Shown here: positions 30,265 through 39,770 of the stretch, one piece after another
Layout: each line of letters starts with the position of its first letter
Numbering within the stretch: position 1 is the stretch's first letter
Source of the DNA: Escherichia phage vB_Eco_mar003J3
Sequence record: NC_048203.1
DNA length: 64,000 bases
Strand: one strand, 5' to 3'
Notes under the pieces: generated by a model
Told to the model about the DNA's origin: nothing
Databases searched by the model: none
The model's input: only the letters and a program-made list of their open reading frames with translations
Program-made: the position numbers and the translations under genes

Positions 30265-30875
30265 AGACTTTCCCTCAAGGAAAGTGAAATACCAGTATAT
30301 GTACCATTACTATTTAACGTAGAGCCAAAACTGTCTCCGTTCATTAATTTAGTTCTAAACAGAATACCATTAAATACCGGTTTCTCACTACCCGTAGTAG
30401 TAATGAATAGATCAGGATAAACACTTATATTCCAAGTATTTCCTGCTGTGTTGATAGAAGTGATTTTGTACACTTTTGGATGGTTGGACAATTTAAATAA
30501 ATCGCCTGGTTTAGGCAGTCCACGAAGTGTACCTTTAGTGTCCATAATAACTATTGAACCTTTTTGTCCGGCAGGAATATTTACAGCACTAGTATCACCA
30601 CGAACTCGGAAAGCTTCATATTGTGGTAATAACACATCAATATAGCTACCTGTTCTTTTATAATCTAGAATGAATGAGTCTAATTTAGCAAATTCATCTG
30701 GGAATAATTCTGGATAAGAGATATTAATACCCCAATATTGAGCAGACACCTTAACCTCCCTAACTTTACCATTAGGTAATTCATCACGAATCATAGGGTC
30801 ATTGTCTACTAAGTTAACGCTTTCAAAACCTAACCCTGATAGCTCTGGGTTCGTGTATGGGTCTGGTAGTCTCAT
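30261..30875 (-). CDS. distal tail protein pb9-like
   Basis: 204 aa, immediately downstream of the tape measure gene. Confidence 0.75.
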   Translation of the reverse strand: MRLPDPYTNPELSGLGFESVNLVDNDPMIRDELPNGKVREVKVSAQYWGINISYPELFPDEFAKLDSFILDYKRTGSYIDVLLPQYEAFRVRGDTSAVNIPAGQKGSIVIMDTKGTLRGLPKPGDLFKLSNHPKVYKITSINTAGNTWNISVYPDLFITTTGSEKPVFNGILFRTKLMNGDSFGSTLNSNGTYTGISLSLRESL

Positions 30876-30901
30876 AGTTAATTTCTCCTCTTAATAACAA
30901 T

Positions 30902-30930
30902 ATTATAATAGGATTGGAAAATTTTATCAA
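30902..30930 (-). promoter_or_regulatory. sigma70-like promoter upstream of pb9 gene
   Basis: On - strand TTGATA-17 bp-TATAAT, 30-60 nt upstream of the pb9 start. Confidence 0.4.
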
Positions 30931-30945
30931 GAAATTTTTATTTTT

Positions 30946-30976
30946 CCATAAAGAAAAGGAGGACATAAAGTCCTCC
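30946..30976 (-). terminator. intrinsic terminator after tape measure gene
   Basis: GGAGGAC-loop-GTCCTCC hairpin followed on - strand by a T-rich run. Confidence 0.55.
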
Positions 30977-30983
30977 TCCAGTA

Positions 30984-33900
30984 TTAAGAATTACCAAGTG
31001 ATTTCAGGGTGGTTCCATTCTCATTAAGAGCCTGTTCTACGGCATCCCTGAAAGCAGCACTGTTGCTCGAAGCAAAGTCTCGGAAGCTAGCCGCATCCAT
31101 CGTACTGATGTTCAGCACAATAGGTCTACCCGATGTACCCTTTGAAGATCCTTTGAGTTCATCAGTAGGAGTAGCCTTCATCGGAACCATAGGAGTGATT
31201 ACTTCGGTACCATGTTCACCCATCTGGTAACTAACTCCAGGATACATATTACCACCTTCTGCACGGGGTACGAAAGAGTTAGCATTACCAATCCCTTGAT
31301 CTCCTCGAATATAAGAAAGCTCACCTGCGTTAGCCGACATAGAAACGTCTACGTTCTTCTGGCGCTCTCCAAGAGTTAAGTAACCAGCTGTCTCAGCACC
31401 AGAGTCCCCAATAGAAGACATACCAGATGCAGAGGATGCTTGAGCAAGAGCCATAGCACCTGCTAAACCAGCCGCAACCATCAGAGGAATAGAGAATGGA
31501 TACGGAACAGCTGTTGCTGCCTGCATCACCGCTACTGCCGTCTGGATAATGATTTGCTTCTTAGCCGCATCTTGCTGGATCTTGAGCTTTTCAGCCTCTA
31601 ACTTCTTGATCTTAGCTTTAGATTGCTCAGATTTACCATCACGTTTCTGTTCTGCTGCAATAGCTGCATCAATAGCACTTACCTGTTGACCAACACTATA
31701 CTGAATCATTGAAGATACAGTTTGCATACCAGCCGCTACTAGAGAAGTGGTATCCAGAGATCCTTGTGAAAACTGGATCATAGCATTAGTTAGGTTACCC
31801 ATGCTTTGTGCTACAGCAGTTGCTTCGGAGTTCAGTTCAGACAGCTTAGAAATAGCCTGGTCATAGGATGCCATTCTATTCTGCATATCCATATTTGCTT
31901 TATCATCTCCTTCCAGTCCAGTTGTTGGAGTGTAAACACCACCAACAGAAGAAGTGACTTGCTGCTGCATCTGAGCATCACGTTGCATCTTAAGCTGTGC
32001 TAGAGCTGCCGAAGTTTCTTGGATTTTACGCTTATACTCTTCCTGAGCTTGTGCATTTCCTTTTGTAATTTCCAGTAAACTTTGGTACAGAGCTTGCTGT
32101 TCGGTTAGTCTCTGAGATTCCCCCGTAACGTTTCTGCTAGTCTGTGAAATATTAAGAGCTCTTTCACGTCCAGAAGCCATTTCCCTTTGCTGATCCTGAC
32201 GGAATTTCCAGATTTCACGTTCAATTTGTGCCTGAGCTCGTCTTGATTGTTCAGCTTCCTTATGCTTATCAACCTGTTTGGAGTACCATTCATACTTTTC
32301 TTTCTCGATAGTCAGTTCAAGGTTCAACTGAGCTAAACGATACTGAGTATCTGTCATAGTACGGTTATTCAGGAGAGCTATTTCACGATCAACACCAAGA
32401 ATCTTATCAGTATAGTCCTTAACCTTCTTCTGAGCTTCCATACCCTGGTTAGTGATCTTGATACGTTCTAACTGAATCTTAGCTATCTCACCTTCGATTG
32501 CTTTGTTACCCTTGTTAGTTTCTAGGACACGCTTAAGAGCTGCTTCCTGTTCTTCTAACTGTTGGATTTCCAGACGTCTACCAGCTTCCTGTGCTTTCTC
32601 TTTGTCCTTAGTCTGGTTGTATACTTCTGCAATTTTCTGCTGAACTTCTAACTGATTCTTAGTCTCATTACCAGTTAATTTTACGTAACCAGCAAGAGCT
32701 TGTGAAGCAGTCTTCATCTCACTAAGAGTATTATACCCTAAGTTCAGGCTCTTAACATACTCATCAGCATTTTTACCAGTACCAGCAGATAAAGACTCAA
32801 TAGTCTTAATCGTATCTGATAGGGATGCACTAGTTTTAGCCGCAGTGTTAGTGTTCTGAGCGATGTTCTGGATATCGTTAGCTAAATCACTAGCAGTTTT
32901 CTTAGCCTGGTCATATGCTTTCTGCTGTTCTGTCAATCCTTTCAGAGTTGCAGAGTTAAAGTCATAAACCGCATCCGGGTCATTTGCATCTTTCTGTAGG
33001 TTAATTTGCTTCTGGAATTCTGTATTAGATTTGGCTGCTGCAGCACCAGCAGCTTGGTATGCCGATTTCCATGCATTAAGATTGCCAGTTGAATCCTCTA
33101 CTTCCTTATCAAGACGCTCTACCTGGAGAGCTAATGCAGCAGTATCTGCAATGAATTTCTGGTTTTCTTCAGAAGATCCTATGCGAACTCCTCCTACTTC
33201 AAAACCTCCTGCAGCTAATCCTACCGGTGCACCTTGAGCAACTAAACGAATAGCCCCTGCTGTAGATGCATCTGCTTGCTGCATACGCTTATCTAGATCA
33301 GCTTTTAACTTATTACGCTTTTCTAGAGATTCTTTGTACATATCAAGAGCTTTATTATATCCTTCCTCAGAAGCGGAAAGACTTAAAGCTACAGCACCAA
33401 CGTTAGTTGGGTCAATCTGACGGTTAGTTTCTTCCTGTGCTCTAGCAGCAGAGGCCGAGATAGATGCTTGAGAAGTATAGAACACTGCGTTGATAGAATC
33501 AATTACTGGCCCTAAATACTTAGCAGCAGCCTGTTGAACCTTTCTCAGGGCAGCATCAGCATTAGCAGCAAACTGTTCCCAAGAGGTTGCACGAAGTACA
33601 TCATCAAGATAGCCGAAACGTTTAGTAGATTCAGCGATTACTGCGTTAGCATATGCTTGTTGCTTCTGGAAAGTAGAGAGACTATTAACGTTATATGTAA
33701 TACCTGTGTTAGCAGCATTTAACTGTTTAACGTAGTCAGCGTAAGCATCGTTAAGACGAATAGTAACACCAAGTTCGTCCAGAAGTTCGATTTCTTGTTT
33801 AGATACACCCTTGATTACACGGTTAAGTGCATCAGTCATATCAACACCAAGAACAGCAGCAGCACGACGAGCTACTAGACCAAATTTATTAAGTTGTTCA

Positions 33901-34691
33901 GCATCAAATCCATATGCAGAGGCAGAGGATGCCTGTCTCATTGCTTCTTCAAAGGAGATTGCATAACCAGCAGCCTCTTGTAGAGATCTAGCTAGAGTTT
34001 GTACAGGAGTACCTGTTTGAGTACCAACAATAGTACCAAACTTCTCAAGACGGTTTAACTGGTCACCCATCTTAAGTTGTTCGAATGCAGATTGTAGAAC
34101 GAACACGTTAGACGCAATAGCAGCATACATAAGAGGTAGAGAACCACCAACTTTAGCCATTGCTGCGAAGTCACGAGTAGCACCTCGTGCAGAACCAGAG
34201 GTATTACCTAGAGCACGACTAGCACGACCTGCGGATGTGGTAGTATCATTGAAGCCTCTAGTAGTACCCGACAAAGCACGGTTTGTATCGTATAATCTAT
34301 CTTGAACTTTTTCAGTTGCAGCAGCTACATCGTTACCCATTGCCTTAACAGATTTACCAACATGTGTAAATCCAGACTCTAGCTTATCAGATACCTCAAT
34401 CATAGCAATAGCAAGGTCATCTAACTTAGCACCAATACTATCCATAGATTTGGTGATGCCCATCATACCTCTGCTAGCCTGCATTTTTGTTAGACTTTTG
34501 GCTGCCCTATCTGCTGCCCTCTCAATGGAATAAAGAGTTTTGGGCATTTTTCCTAGCTGCTCATTAGTCAGTTCGGAAGCAGCAGCAGCGTTTTCTAACG
34601 CATCAGATACGTTTTCAATAGACTTTGCAGTACGGGTTGCCCCTTTCTGCTTTACATCTATAAGTAATTCTCGTATTAGCTTATCAGTCAT
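30984..34691 (-). CDS. tape measure protein pb2-like
   Basis: 1235 aa, long coiled-coil, C-terminal Gly/Ala-rich hydrophobic segment; canonical position. Confidence 0.9.
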   Translation of the reverse strand: MTDKLIRELLIDVKQKGATRTAKSIENVSDALENAAAASELTNEQLGKMPKTLYSIERAADRAAKSLTKMQASRGMMGITKSMDSIGAKLDDLAIAMIEVSDKLESGFTHVGKSVKAMGNDVAAATEKVQDRLYDTNRALSGTTRGFNDTTTSAGRASRALGNTSGSARGATRDFAAMAKVGGSLPLMYAAIASNVFVLQSAFEQLKMGDQLNRLEKFGTIVGTQTGTPVQTLARSLQEAAGYAISFEEAMRQASSASAYGFDAEQLNKFGLVARRAAAVLGVDMTDALNRVIKGVSKQEIELLDELGVTIRLNDAYADYVKQLNAANTGITYNVNSLSTFQKQQAYANAVIAESTKRFGYLDDVLRATSWEQFAANADAALRKVQQAAAKYLGPVIDSINAVFYTSQASISASAARAQEETNRQIDPTNVGAVALSLSASEEGYNKALDMYKESLEKRNKLKADLDKRMQQADASTAGAIRLVAQGAPVGLAAGGFEVGGVRIGSSEENQKFIADTAALALQVERLDKEVEDSTGNLNAWKSAYQAAGAAAAKSNTEFQKQINLQKDANDPDAVYDFNSATLKGLTEQQKAYDQAKKTASDLANDIQNIAQNTNTAAKTSASLSDTIKTIESLSAGTGKNADEYVKSLNLGYNTLSEMKTASQALAGYVKLTGNETKNQLEVQQKIAEVYNQTKDKEKAQEAGRRLEIQQLEEQEAALKRVLETNKGNKAIEGEIAKIQLERIKITNQGMEAQKKVKDYTDKILGVDREIALLNNRTMTDTQYRLAQLNLELTIEKEKYEWYSKQVDKHKEAEQSRRAQAQIEREIWKFRQDQQREMASGRERALNISQTSRNVTGESQRLTEQQALYQSLLEITKGNAQAQEEYKRKIQETSAALAQLKMQRDAQMQQQVTSSVGGVYTPTTGLEGDDKANMDMQNRMASYDQAISKLSELNSEATAVAQSMGNLTNAMIQFSQGSLDTTSLVAAGMQTVSSMIQYSVGQQVSAIDAAIAAEQKRDGKSEQSKAKIKKLEAEKLKIQQDAAKKQIIIQTAVAVMQAATAVPYPFSIPLMVAAGLAGAMALAQASSASGMSSIGDSGAETAGYLTLGERQKNVDVSMSANAGELSYIRGDQGIGNANSFVPRAEGGNMYPGVSYQMGEHGTEVITPMVPMKATPTDELKGSSKGTSGRPIVLNISTMDAASFRDFASSNSAAFRDAVEQALNENGTTLKSLGNS

Positions 34692-34702
34692 TTATTTTTC
34701 CC

Positions 34703-34736
34703 AATAAAAAAGGCTCTGGGCAAATCACCCAGAGCC
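34703..34736 (-). terminator. intrinsic terminator upstream of tape measure gene
   Basis: GGCTCTGGG-loop-CCCAGAGCC hairpin followed on - strand by TTTTTTATTGGGAAAAATAAATG, the last ATG being the tape measure start. Confidence 0.6.
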
Positions 34737-34774
34737 AAGCCTCATCGTGGAACGCCCATTGGAGGAAACTTTTA

Positions 34775-35140
34775 CTAAGCTCGAGATCTAGCATGTGGTT
34801 TAATGTTCGGAGTACGACCATTAGGTTTACTATGCTTCTCGGCTCTCTTACGAGCTGCATCTACAGCTTTCGAATCAAATATATTGATAATGTGTAGAAC
34901 AAACTCTTTCTCTATAGGATCAGTAATCCCATAGATATCAAATAAAACACCTAATGCACTTTTGTCTTTCCCTATAAATATAGGAAAGTCACCGGGTATG
35001 AAACAATCAATAAGACTATTATAAATATTCATACTAGTAGATACAATAGGTGGAAAATCTTCGAGCTCAACAGGCATTGCCTTAGGATCAGGTTCAATAC
35101 CTAGAGACTCACAAAGCATTAAATATTGTTGTTTTGTCAT
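34775..35140 (-). CDS. tail assembly chaperone, downstream (+1 frame) segment
   Basis: 121-aa ORF directly upstream of the tape measure gene; frame is open upstream to 35227 and overlaps the end of ORF 35202..35606; no good SD before its ATG. Confidence 0.55.
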   Translation of the reverse strand: MTKQQYLMLCESLGIEPDPKAMPVELEDFPPIVSTSMNIYNSLIDCFIPGDFPIFIGKDKSALGVLFDIYGITDPIEKEFVLHIINIFDSKAVDAARKRAEKHSKPNGRTPNIKPHARSRA

Positions 35141-35201
35141 TTTAGATGCTGAGGATTTAATGCATTTATCTGCAAAATCGGCAACAGCATCTAGTAACTG
35201 C

Positions 35202-35606
35202 TTACGCTTTTGAGCTACGAAAAGTGTCTAAGTGGAACACTGTCTGGTTGATCCAAGAATCAAACGCAGCAGAGTTCTGCATAAGCATGATAGCATTATC
35301 GCGGCTAAATGGAACTTCAGTAGTAGGATCAGCTTCAGTTTCGATAAGCATCAGCTTCTCAACATCTCCAATCGTCAAGCCAGTCCAGCCAGCAATTGCA
35401 GTATCAACGAAAGCTTCAATAAACTTATCATCGTCCTGAACCTGAATCATAGTACCGTTAACCCACTCGTCACGCTTAGCGGAAGAGATAACACGTTTAG
35501 ATGCAGCACGAGACATGTAGTTCAGTTGTAGCTTGAAGTTAGGCATACCTGGATAAGCCAGCTCAATAGTACGAGTTTCAAGGGTAATATCTTTTAAATT
35601 GATCAT
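35202..35606 (-). CDS. tail assembly chaperone
   Basis: 134-aa ORF in the canonical position upstream of the tape measure gene. Confidence 0.55.
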   Translation of the reverse strand: MINLKDITLETRTIELAYPGMPNFKLQLNYMSRAASKRVISSAKRDEWVNGTMIQVQDDDKFIEAFVDTAIAGWTGLTIGDVEKLMLIETEADPTTEVPFSRDNAIMLMQNSAAFDSWINQTVFHLDTFRSSKA

Positions 35607-36502
35607 TTCTTTATTTCTCCAAAGAAGTCGATTCTTACCGGATCAGAGTCTGCAGTAGGGATTACATCCCATTCAACTCTATATATATCCGAGAATTGTA
35701 GGCGTTTTGTTATACGTGTTGAAGGAAAATCTATCGAAATATGTTCATTTCGGATGGTTAATGGTATGTCAGTTTCGGGTTCAATATTATAAAACATATC
35801 ACCAGCAAATCGCTTGGTGTAGTAAAATGCAATTGTTGCCGAAGCATTCATTTCATTAACATAAGCTCTCTTATTATTATATATTTTGTTTATGTCAAAT
35901 ACGCTTTTATCTTCCCTCCAAGAACATTGTTGCTGGAATGACATAGAAGCGGATAAAAGAGCTGGTAAAACGTTACTATTGGTAGATACTCTAGGAGGAC
36001 TATATGATATGACTTCACCCTGAACAATAGAACCAGCAGGGGTAGAAGTGGATACCTCAGAGAACTTACCAGATTCAATTCCTACGTTTAGAATAGGAAC
36101 GCTTTTATCTAGAGAAAAGTCTACAGTAGATACATAGCAATTCTCAAAGTACACACAGTTATTATCTTTATTAACTATGTATATATTAAACATTGTTGGC
36201 TCAATATTTGTACTATAAAGTGGTAGTAAGAATGTGTTACCCTCTCGGTCAAAGCCCATCCATTCAAAGAAGTTAGCTTCAGTAAGGGTATTACTAAAAT
36301 TTATAGCCAGCGATATTGAAGATGGAGTTTGTGCATTAATAATAGAGTCAGCATAGTTGGTTCTACGATGTATAGTCCTACGAAGAGTTTTAAATTCCTC
36401 ATAGGACGTATTGATATCGTAATTTGACAGGGCATCAAAATGATAAGCCCTGCCATCGTACTCAACTATAACTTTTGACTCCCTCATTAGAGAGTAGTAC
36501 AT
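35603..36502 (-). CDS. minor tail protein (p140-like)
   Basis: 299 aa between tail tube and chaperone genes; 4-bp overlap. Confidence 0.5.
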   Translation of the reverse strand: MYYSLMRESKVIVEYDGRAYHFDALSNYDINTSYEEFKTLRRTIHRRTNYADSIINAQTPSSISLAINFSNTLTEANFFEWMGFDREGNTFLLPLYSTNIEPTMFNIYIVNKDNNCVYFENCYVSTVDFSLDKSVPILNVGIESGKFSEVSTSTPAGSIVQGEVISYSPPRVSTNSNVLPALLSASMSFQQQCSWREDKSVFDINKIYNNKRAYVNEMNASATIAFYYTKRFAGDMFYNIEPETDIPLTIRNEHISIDFPSTRITKRLQFSDIYRVEWDVIPTADSDPVRIDFFGEIKK

Positions 36503-36506
36503 TTAA

Positions 36507-37916
36507 TTAGCCACCAGAAGCAGTAACTGTAATGCTCTTAGTACCTTCTACACCAGAACCATCTTTAGCTACAGCTTTCACAGTAACTGCACCGGTCTTA
36601 GAAGCATCAGCGGTTAGTAACCCAGAAGTTGCATCAATAGTGGCAGCAGTACCAGAGGAAATAGACCAAGTTACTTCCTTATTAGTAGCTTCAGCAGGTA
36701 AAACATCTACAGTCATCTGAAGAGTTGCACTATTCTCGACGGAAGTTGCATCACCCGCAGATTTAACAGTAATACCTGTTACTTTTACTGGAGCTGCTTT
36801 ACCACCGTCACCAGTTGCAATCAGATTTGCAATAGTAGCTTTGGTGTACTTATTAGAGAAACCAAGATAACCTTCATCACCAGTATCCAGATCAGTAGGA
36901 ATTGCTTTGAACTCTACAGAAGTACCAAGTACATCGTCAGTCTCAATAGTTGGGATGTTTACGTGGGCTTGCTTAGCAACCAGAACAGCAGCAGGGCGCT
37001 CATCATCATATTCACCACCAAGTACTAGAGCGATTTCGAAACGGTTAACTACTTTCAGGGTCTTAATTAGATCTTTGTACAGATCCATAGAACCTAGAGC
37101 TTTATCGTTAAGATAAGCAGTTAGAGAACCAGTTAGTTCGAATGCACCAGTAAATGAACCGATTGGGATGTTAACACGGGACATAACGTTCGGAGTCAGG
37201 TAGGTGATGTTGTTATTGATTGTAAAGCTACCACCAGTGATCGGAATGTCATATGCCTTACCAGTATCCATATCCTTAATTTTGAGGATAGTCAGTTTGT
37301 TCTTGGTATAAGAACCCTGGATAGTCATGTAAGTTTCATCATCAATACCTACAGTATCAGGATCAAATGGAGCAGCATCCAGAGGGATCAGCTGGTTACC
37401 ATTACCTGACCAAGTTACACGACCGATATCTTCGATATCAACGTTTACTTCAGCCTGGTTGATCTGGCAGGAATCGATGTAGCTCCATGCTTTATCAGTA
37501 AGGATGTAAATATGTAGCATTGCCAGTTCGTGGTATGCGTTATCCTTAAAGTTAACCATGAAGTTAGTTTCGTTAGTGTGTGCACCTGTATCACCATCTA
37601 GGTTGATAGGCTTACCACTAGAAAGAGCATGCCACAGCATGTAGTCCGGAACGATCTGCTTACTCGTAGTCTTGTCTAAGTAAGGCAGGATGTAAGTAGA
37701 GAAACTCCACTCAGCTGCGTTCAGGGAGTCGTTGAAACGTTTTGAACCACGAGTTGGACGCGGACCAGCTTCGTTAACAGTAATATCGGTTGAGTTACTG
37801 TCCTGACCCCAAGAAATATCATCTTGAACTAGAATCTCTTGCGTGTTGGTCTTATCGTGACCAGTCTTAACCGTAGACACGAAGATTCGAGTATTACGTA
37901 ATAGTTGTAAAGACAT
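36507..37916 (-). CDS. major tail tube protein pb6-like with C-terminal Ig-like domain
   Basis: 469 aa; C-terminal Big_2-like KVTGITVKSAGDATSVENSATLQMTVDVLP...; strong RBS AGGAGA. Confidence 0.85.
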   Translation of the reverse strand: MSLQLLRNTRIFVSTVKTGHDKTNTQEILVQDDISWGQDSNSTDITVNEAGPRPTRGSKRFNDSLNAAEWSFSTYILPYLDKTTSKQIVPDYMLWHALSSGKPINLDGDTGAHTNETNFMVNFKDNAYHELAMLHIYILTDKAWSYIDSCQINQAEVNVDIEDIGRVTWSGNGNQLIPLDAAPFDPDTVGIDDETYMTIQGSYTKNKLTILKIKDMDTGKAYDIPITGGSFTINNNITYLTPNVMSRVNIPIGSFTGAFELTGSLTAYLNDKALGSMDLYKDLIKTLKVVNRFEIALVLGGEYDDERPAAVLVAKQAHVNIPTIETDDVLGTSVEFKAIPTDLDTGDEGYLGFSNKYTKATIANLIATGDGGKAAPVKVTGITVKSAGDATSVENSATLQMTVDVLPAEATNKEVTWSISSGTAATIDATSGLLTADASKTGAVTVKAVAKDGSGVEGTKSITVTASGG

Positions 37917-37942
37917 TTATTTATATTCTCCTAATCTGTAAC

Positions 37943-38428
37943 TTATCTGCGAAGTGCCCTACGAGGTGGCTGATACCTCACTGTTACATTTATTTCCGCT
38001 AAACCATATGGGGCCAGTAGACCCTCATCTGTAGCTACTGAGGTAATGCTCATATCAGTTGCCTCACATGGGAAGGTCGATCCATTAGGTTTACTAACAG
38101 TATATTCTAAATTTCCACCTGTGTCAATGACGGTTTTTATGTCAGCTACGAGTTTTTCAAGTTGCTCTTGAATATCTGTTTTCTCTTTGTCATACACGAG
38201 GATTGGAAGTTCTAAAAACATCCACTGTTGGCCTGAGGGAAGATACTGCCCAGTTTCAGTTCCGATATGGACTGCCACATAAGGAAATTCTCGGATTTCC
38301 TCGAATTTATAAGTTTGACGAGAAACGTTTCCATAAAGGTTATTGAAATACTCGTCAGGTTGTGAACCATCCATTTGTGTGGCGATTCGGTCAACCACTG
38401 CTTGTGCAATACTTGTTCTGTGATCCAT
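37943..38428 (-). CDS. tail terminator protein (p142-like)
   Basis: 161 aa; immediately upstream of the tube gene. Confidence 0.6.
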   Translation of the reverse strand: MDHRTSIAQAVVDRIATQMDGSQPDEYFNNLYGNVSRQTYKFEEIREFPYVAVHIGTETGQYLPSGQQWMFLELPILVYDKEKTDIQEQLEKLVADIKTVIDTGGNLEYTVSKPNGSTFPCEATDMSITSVATDEGLLAPYGLAEINVTVRYQPPRRALRR

Positions 38429-38431
38429 TTA

Positions 38432-39199
38432 TTAGGTTCCTTGATTAACCTTGATTTTATATCTAGAGTGAATCAGGTCTCTTGCAGCTTTTGCGATTGC
38501 TTCCCCAATAAGTTTTTGAGGGTTTCGAGCGCCAGGGTAAGGTCGTAGAGAAAGTCTTCGATATGTAGAAACTGCGGGGTTGAACACAGAGTAAGGACGA
38601 ACCATATAGTTATACGTCACATTCAGCTCTGGAGCACCTTTACTAGTTTCTGCATCACGTAACATAACATCTTTAATCTTTAAGGAGTTAGCAAAGCGAC
38701 CAGTTCTGAACTTCAATGGTGCCCCTGCTTTTTTCATATCCTTGATTAAGTATTCCTTAGCTACTATCTCAAGAATAGCACGCATGTTACTATTTGATAC
38801 GAAACGACCGGAAGCACCTGTTACTGCACCTGAATAGCCATCTTCAGTATCTCTAGGATCTCCAAAGTTTACCTGAACTCTACCGGTAGAACGTTTTTTA
38901 CCAACAGCAGAACGTTTACCTGCGGTTGCTTGAATTAAATTCTCTAGAGCGCCTAAATCACCAGAAAGATCTAAGTTAGAAGAAACAGCCTTCAGTATAG
39001 ATGCTGTCCTAACATTTAATAAGTCTTGTGATACTGGTTTTGAGAATTTGAAAGATACCTGTGCAACTGTGCCATCTCTTGTAGGATCCTTCAAACCAGT
39101 CTCAACTGTATATACAACAGTATTCTTATTATTCTCAGATCGTCCTGCAGTATCTAGCTGCTCTTTAATAATTTGTCTAGCTAGATCAGAAAGAGCCAT
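38432..39199 (-). CDS. tail completion protein (p143-like)
   Basis: 255 aa; synteny. Confidence 0.5.
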   Translation of the reverse strand: MALSDLARQIIKEQLDTAGRSENNKNTVVYTVETGLKDPTRDGTVAQVSFKFSKPVSQDLLNVRTASILKAVSSNLDLSGDLGALENLIQATAGKRSAVGKKRSTGRVQVNFGDPRDTEDGYSGAVTGASGRFVSNSNMRAILEIVAKEYLIKDMKKAGAPLKFRTGRFANSLKIKDVMLRDAETSKGAPELNVTYNYMVRPYSVFNPAVSTYRRLSLRPYPGARNPQKLIGEAIAKAARDLIHSRYKIKVNQGT

Positions 39200-39711
39200 T
39201 ACACTCTCCTATAGACTTCGATGATTGTACGAATATGTTCTGGAATACCAGACTTAGTATTGTTAAACGTAACTGTCTCACCACCAATAGTCTTGGCTTG
39301 ACGATAATCTTGCTTATGCCAGTGATCTACTAACAGACATGCTGCCAGTTTAAGATCTTCAGGCATTGGATTGAAACCACCTTGAGTATACTCTACATCC
39401 ATATATCCTTCAGGAGGATTAAACTTAAGGAGGATAACACCATCAGGATACAGTTTAAACTGTTCCGTATCTATTTCATTCTCGTTAATAGTCATCTTTG
39501 TAATAGATGTGGCTGAAGGAGAACTCAGGAAATATTTCCTACGGCTAGGTTTTGTGGTGATTAATTGATCTACCGCATCTGCATCATCCATACCTAGAAG
39601 GCTTGTAATCAGCGTATTGGCAGCTTTAATCATCATCTCAACCTGAGTTTCCATATCAGGACGTTTTAAATTCCCATATAGTTTATAATCTTCAACAGTG
39701 ATGATTTGCAT
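39199..39711 (-). CDS. head completion / connector protein (p144-like)
   Basis: 170 aa; follows the capsid gene terminator. Confidence 0.5.
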   Translation of the reverse strand: MQIITVEDYKLYGNLKRPDMETQVEMMIKAANTLITSLLGMDDADAVDQLITTKPSRRKYFLSSPSATSITKMTINENEIDTEQFKLYPDGVILLKFNPPEGYMDVEYTQGGFNPMPEDLKLAACLLVDHWHKQDYRQAKTIGGETVTFNNTKSGIPEHIRTIIEVYRRV

Positions 39712-39722
39712 TTATTTTTCCC

Positions 39723-39749
39723 AATAAAAAAGGAGAGCCGAAGCTCTCC
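39723..39749 (-). terminator. intrinsic terminator after major capsid gene
   Basis: GGAGAGC-CGAA-GCTCTCC hairpin followed on - strand by TTTTTTATTGGGAAAAATAAATG. Confidence 0.65.
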
Positions 39750-39770
39750 TTATCGGCTGAAAAGCCTGTA

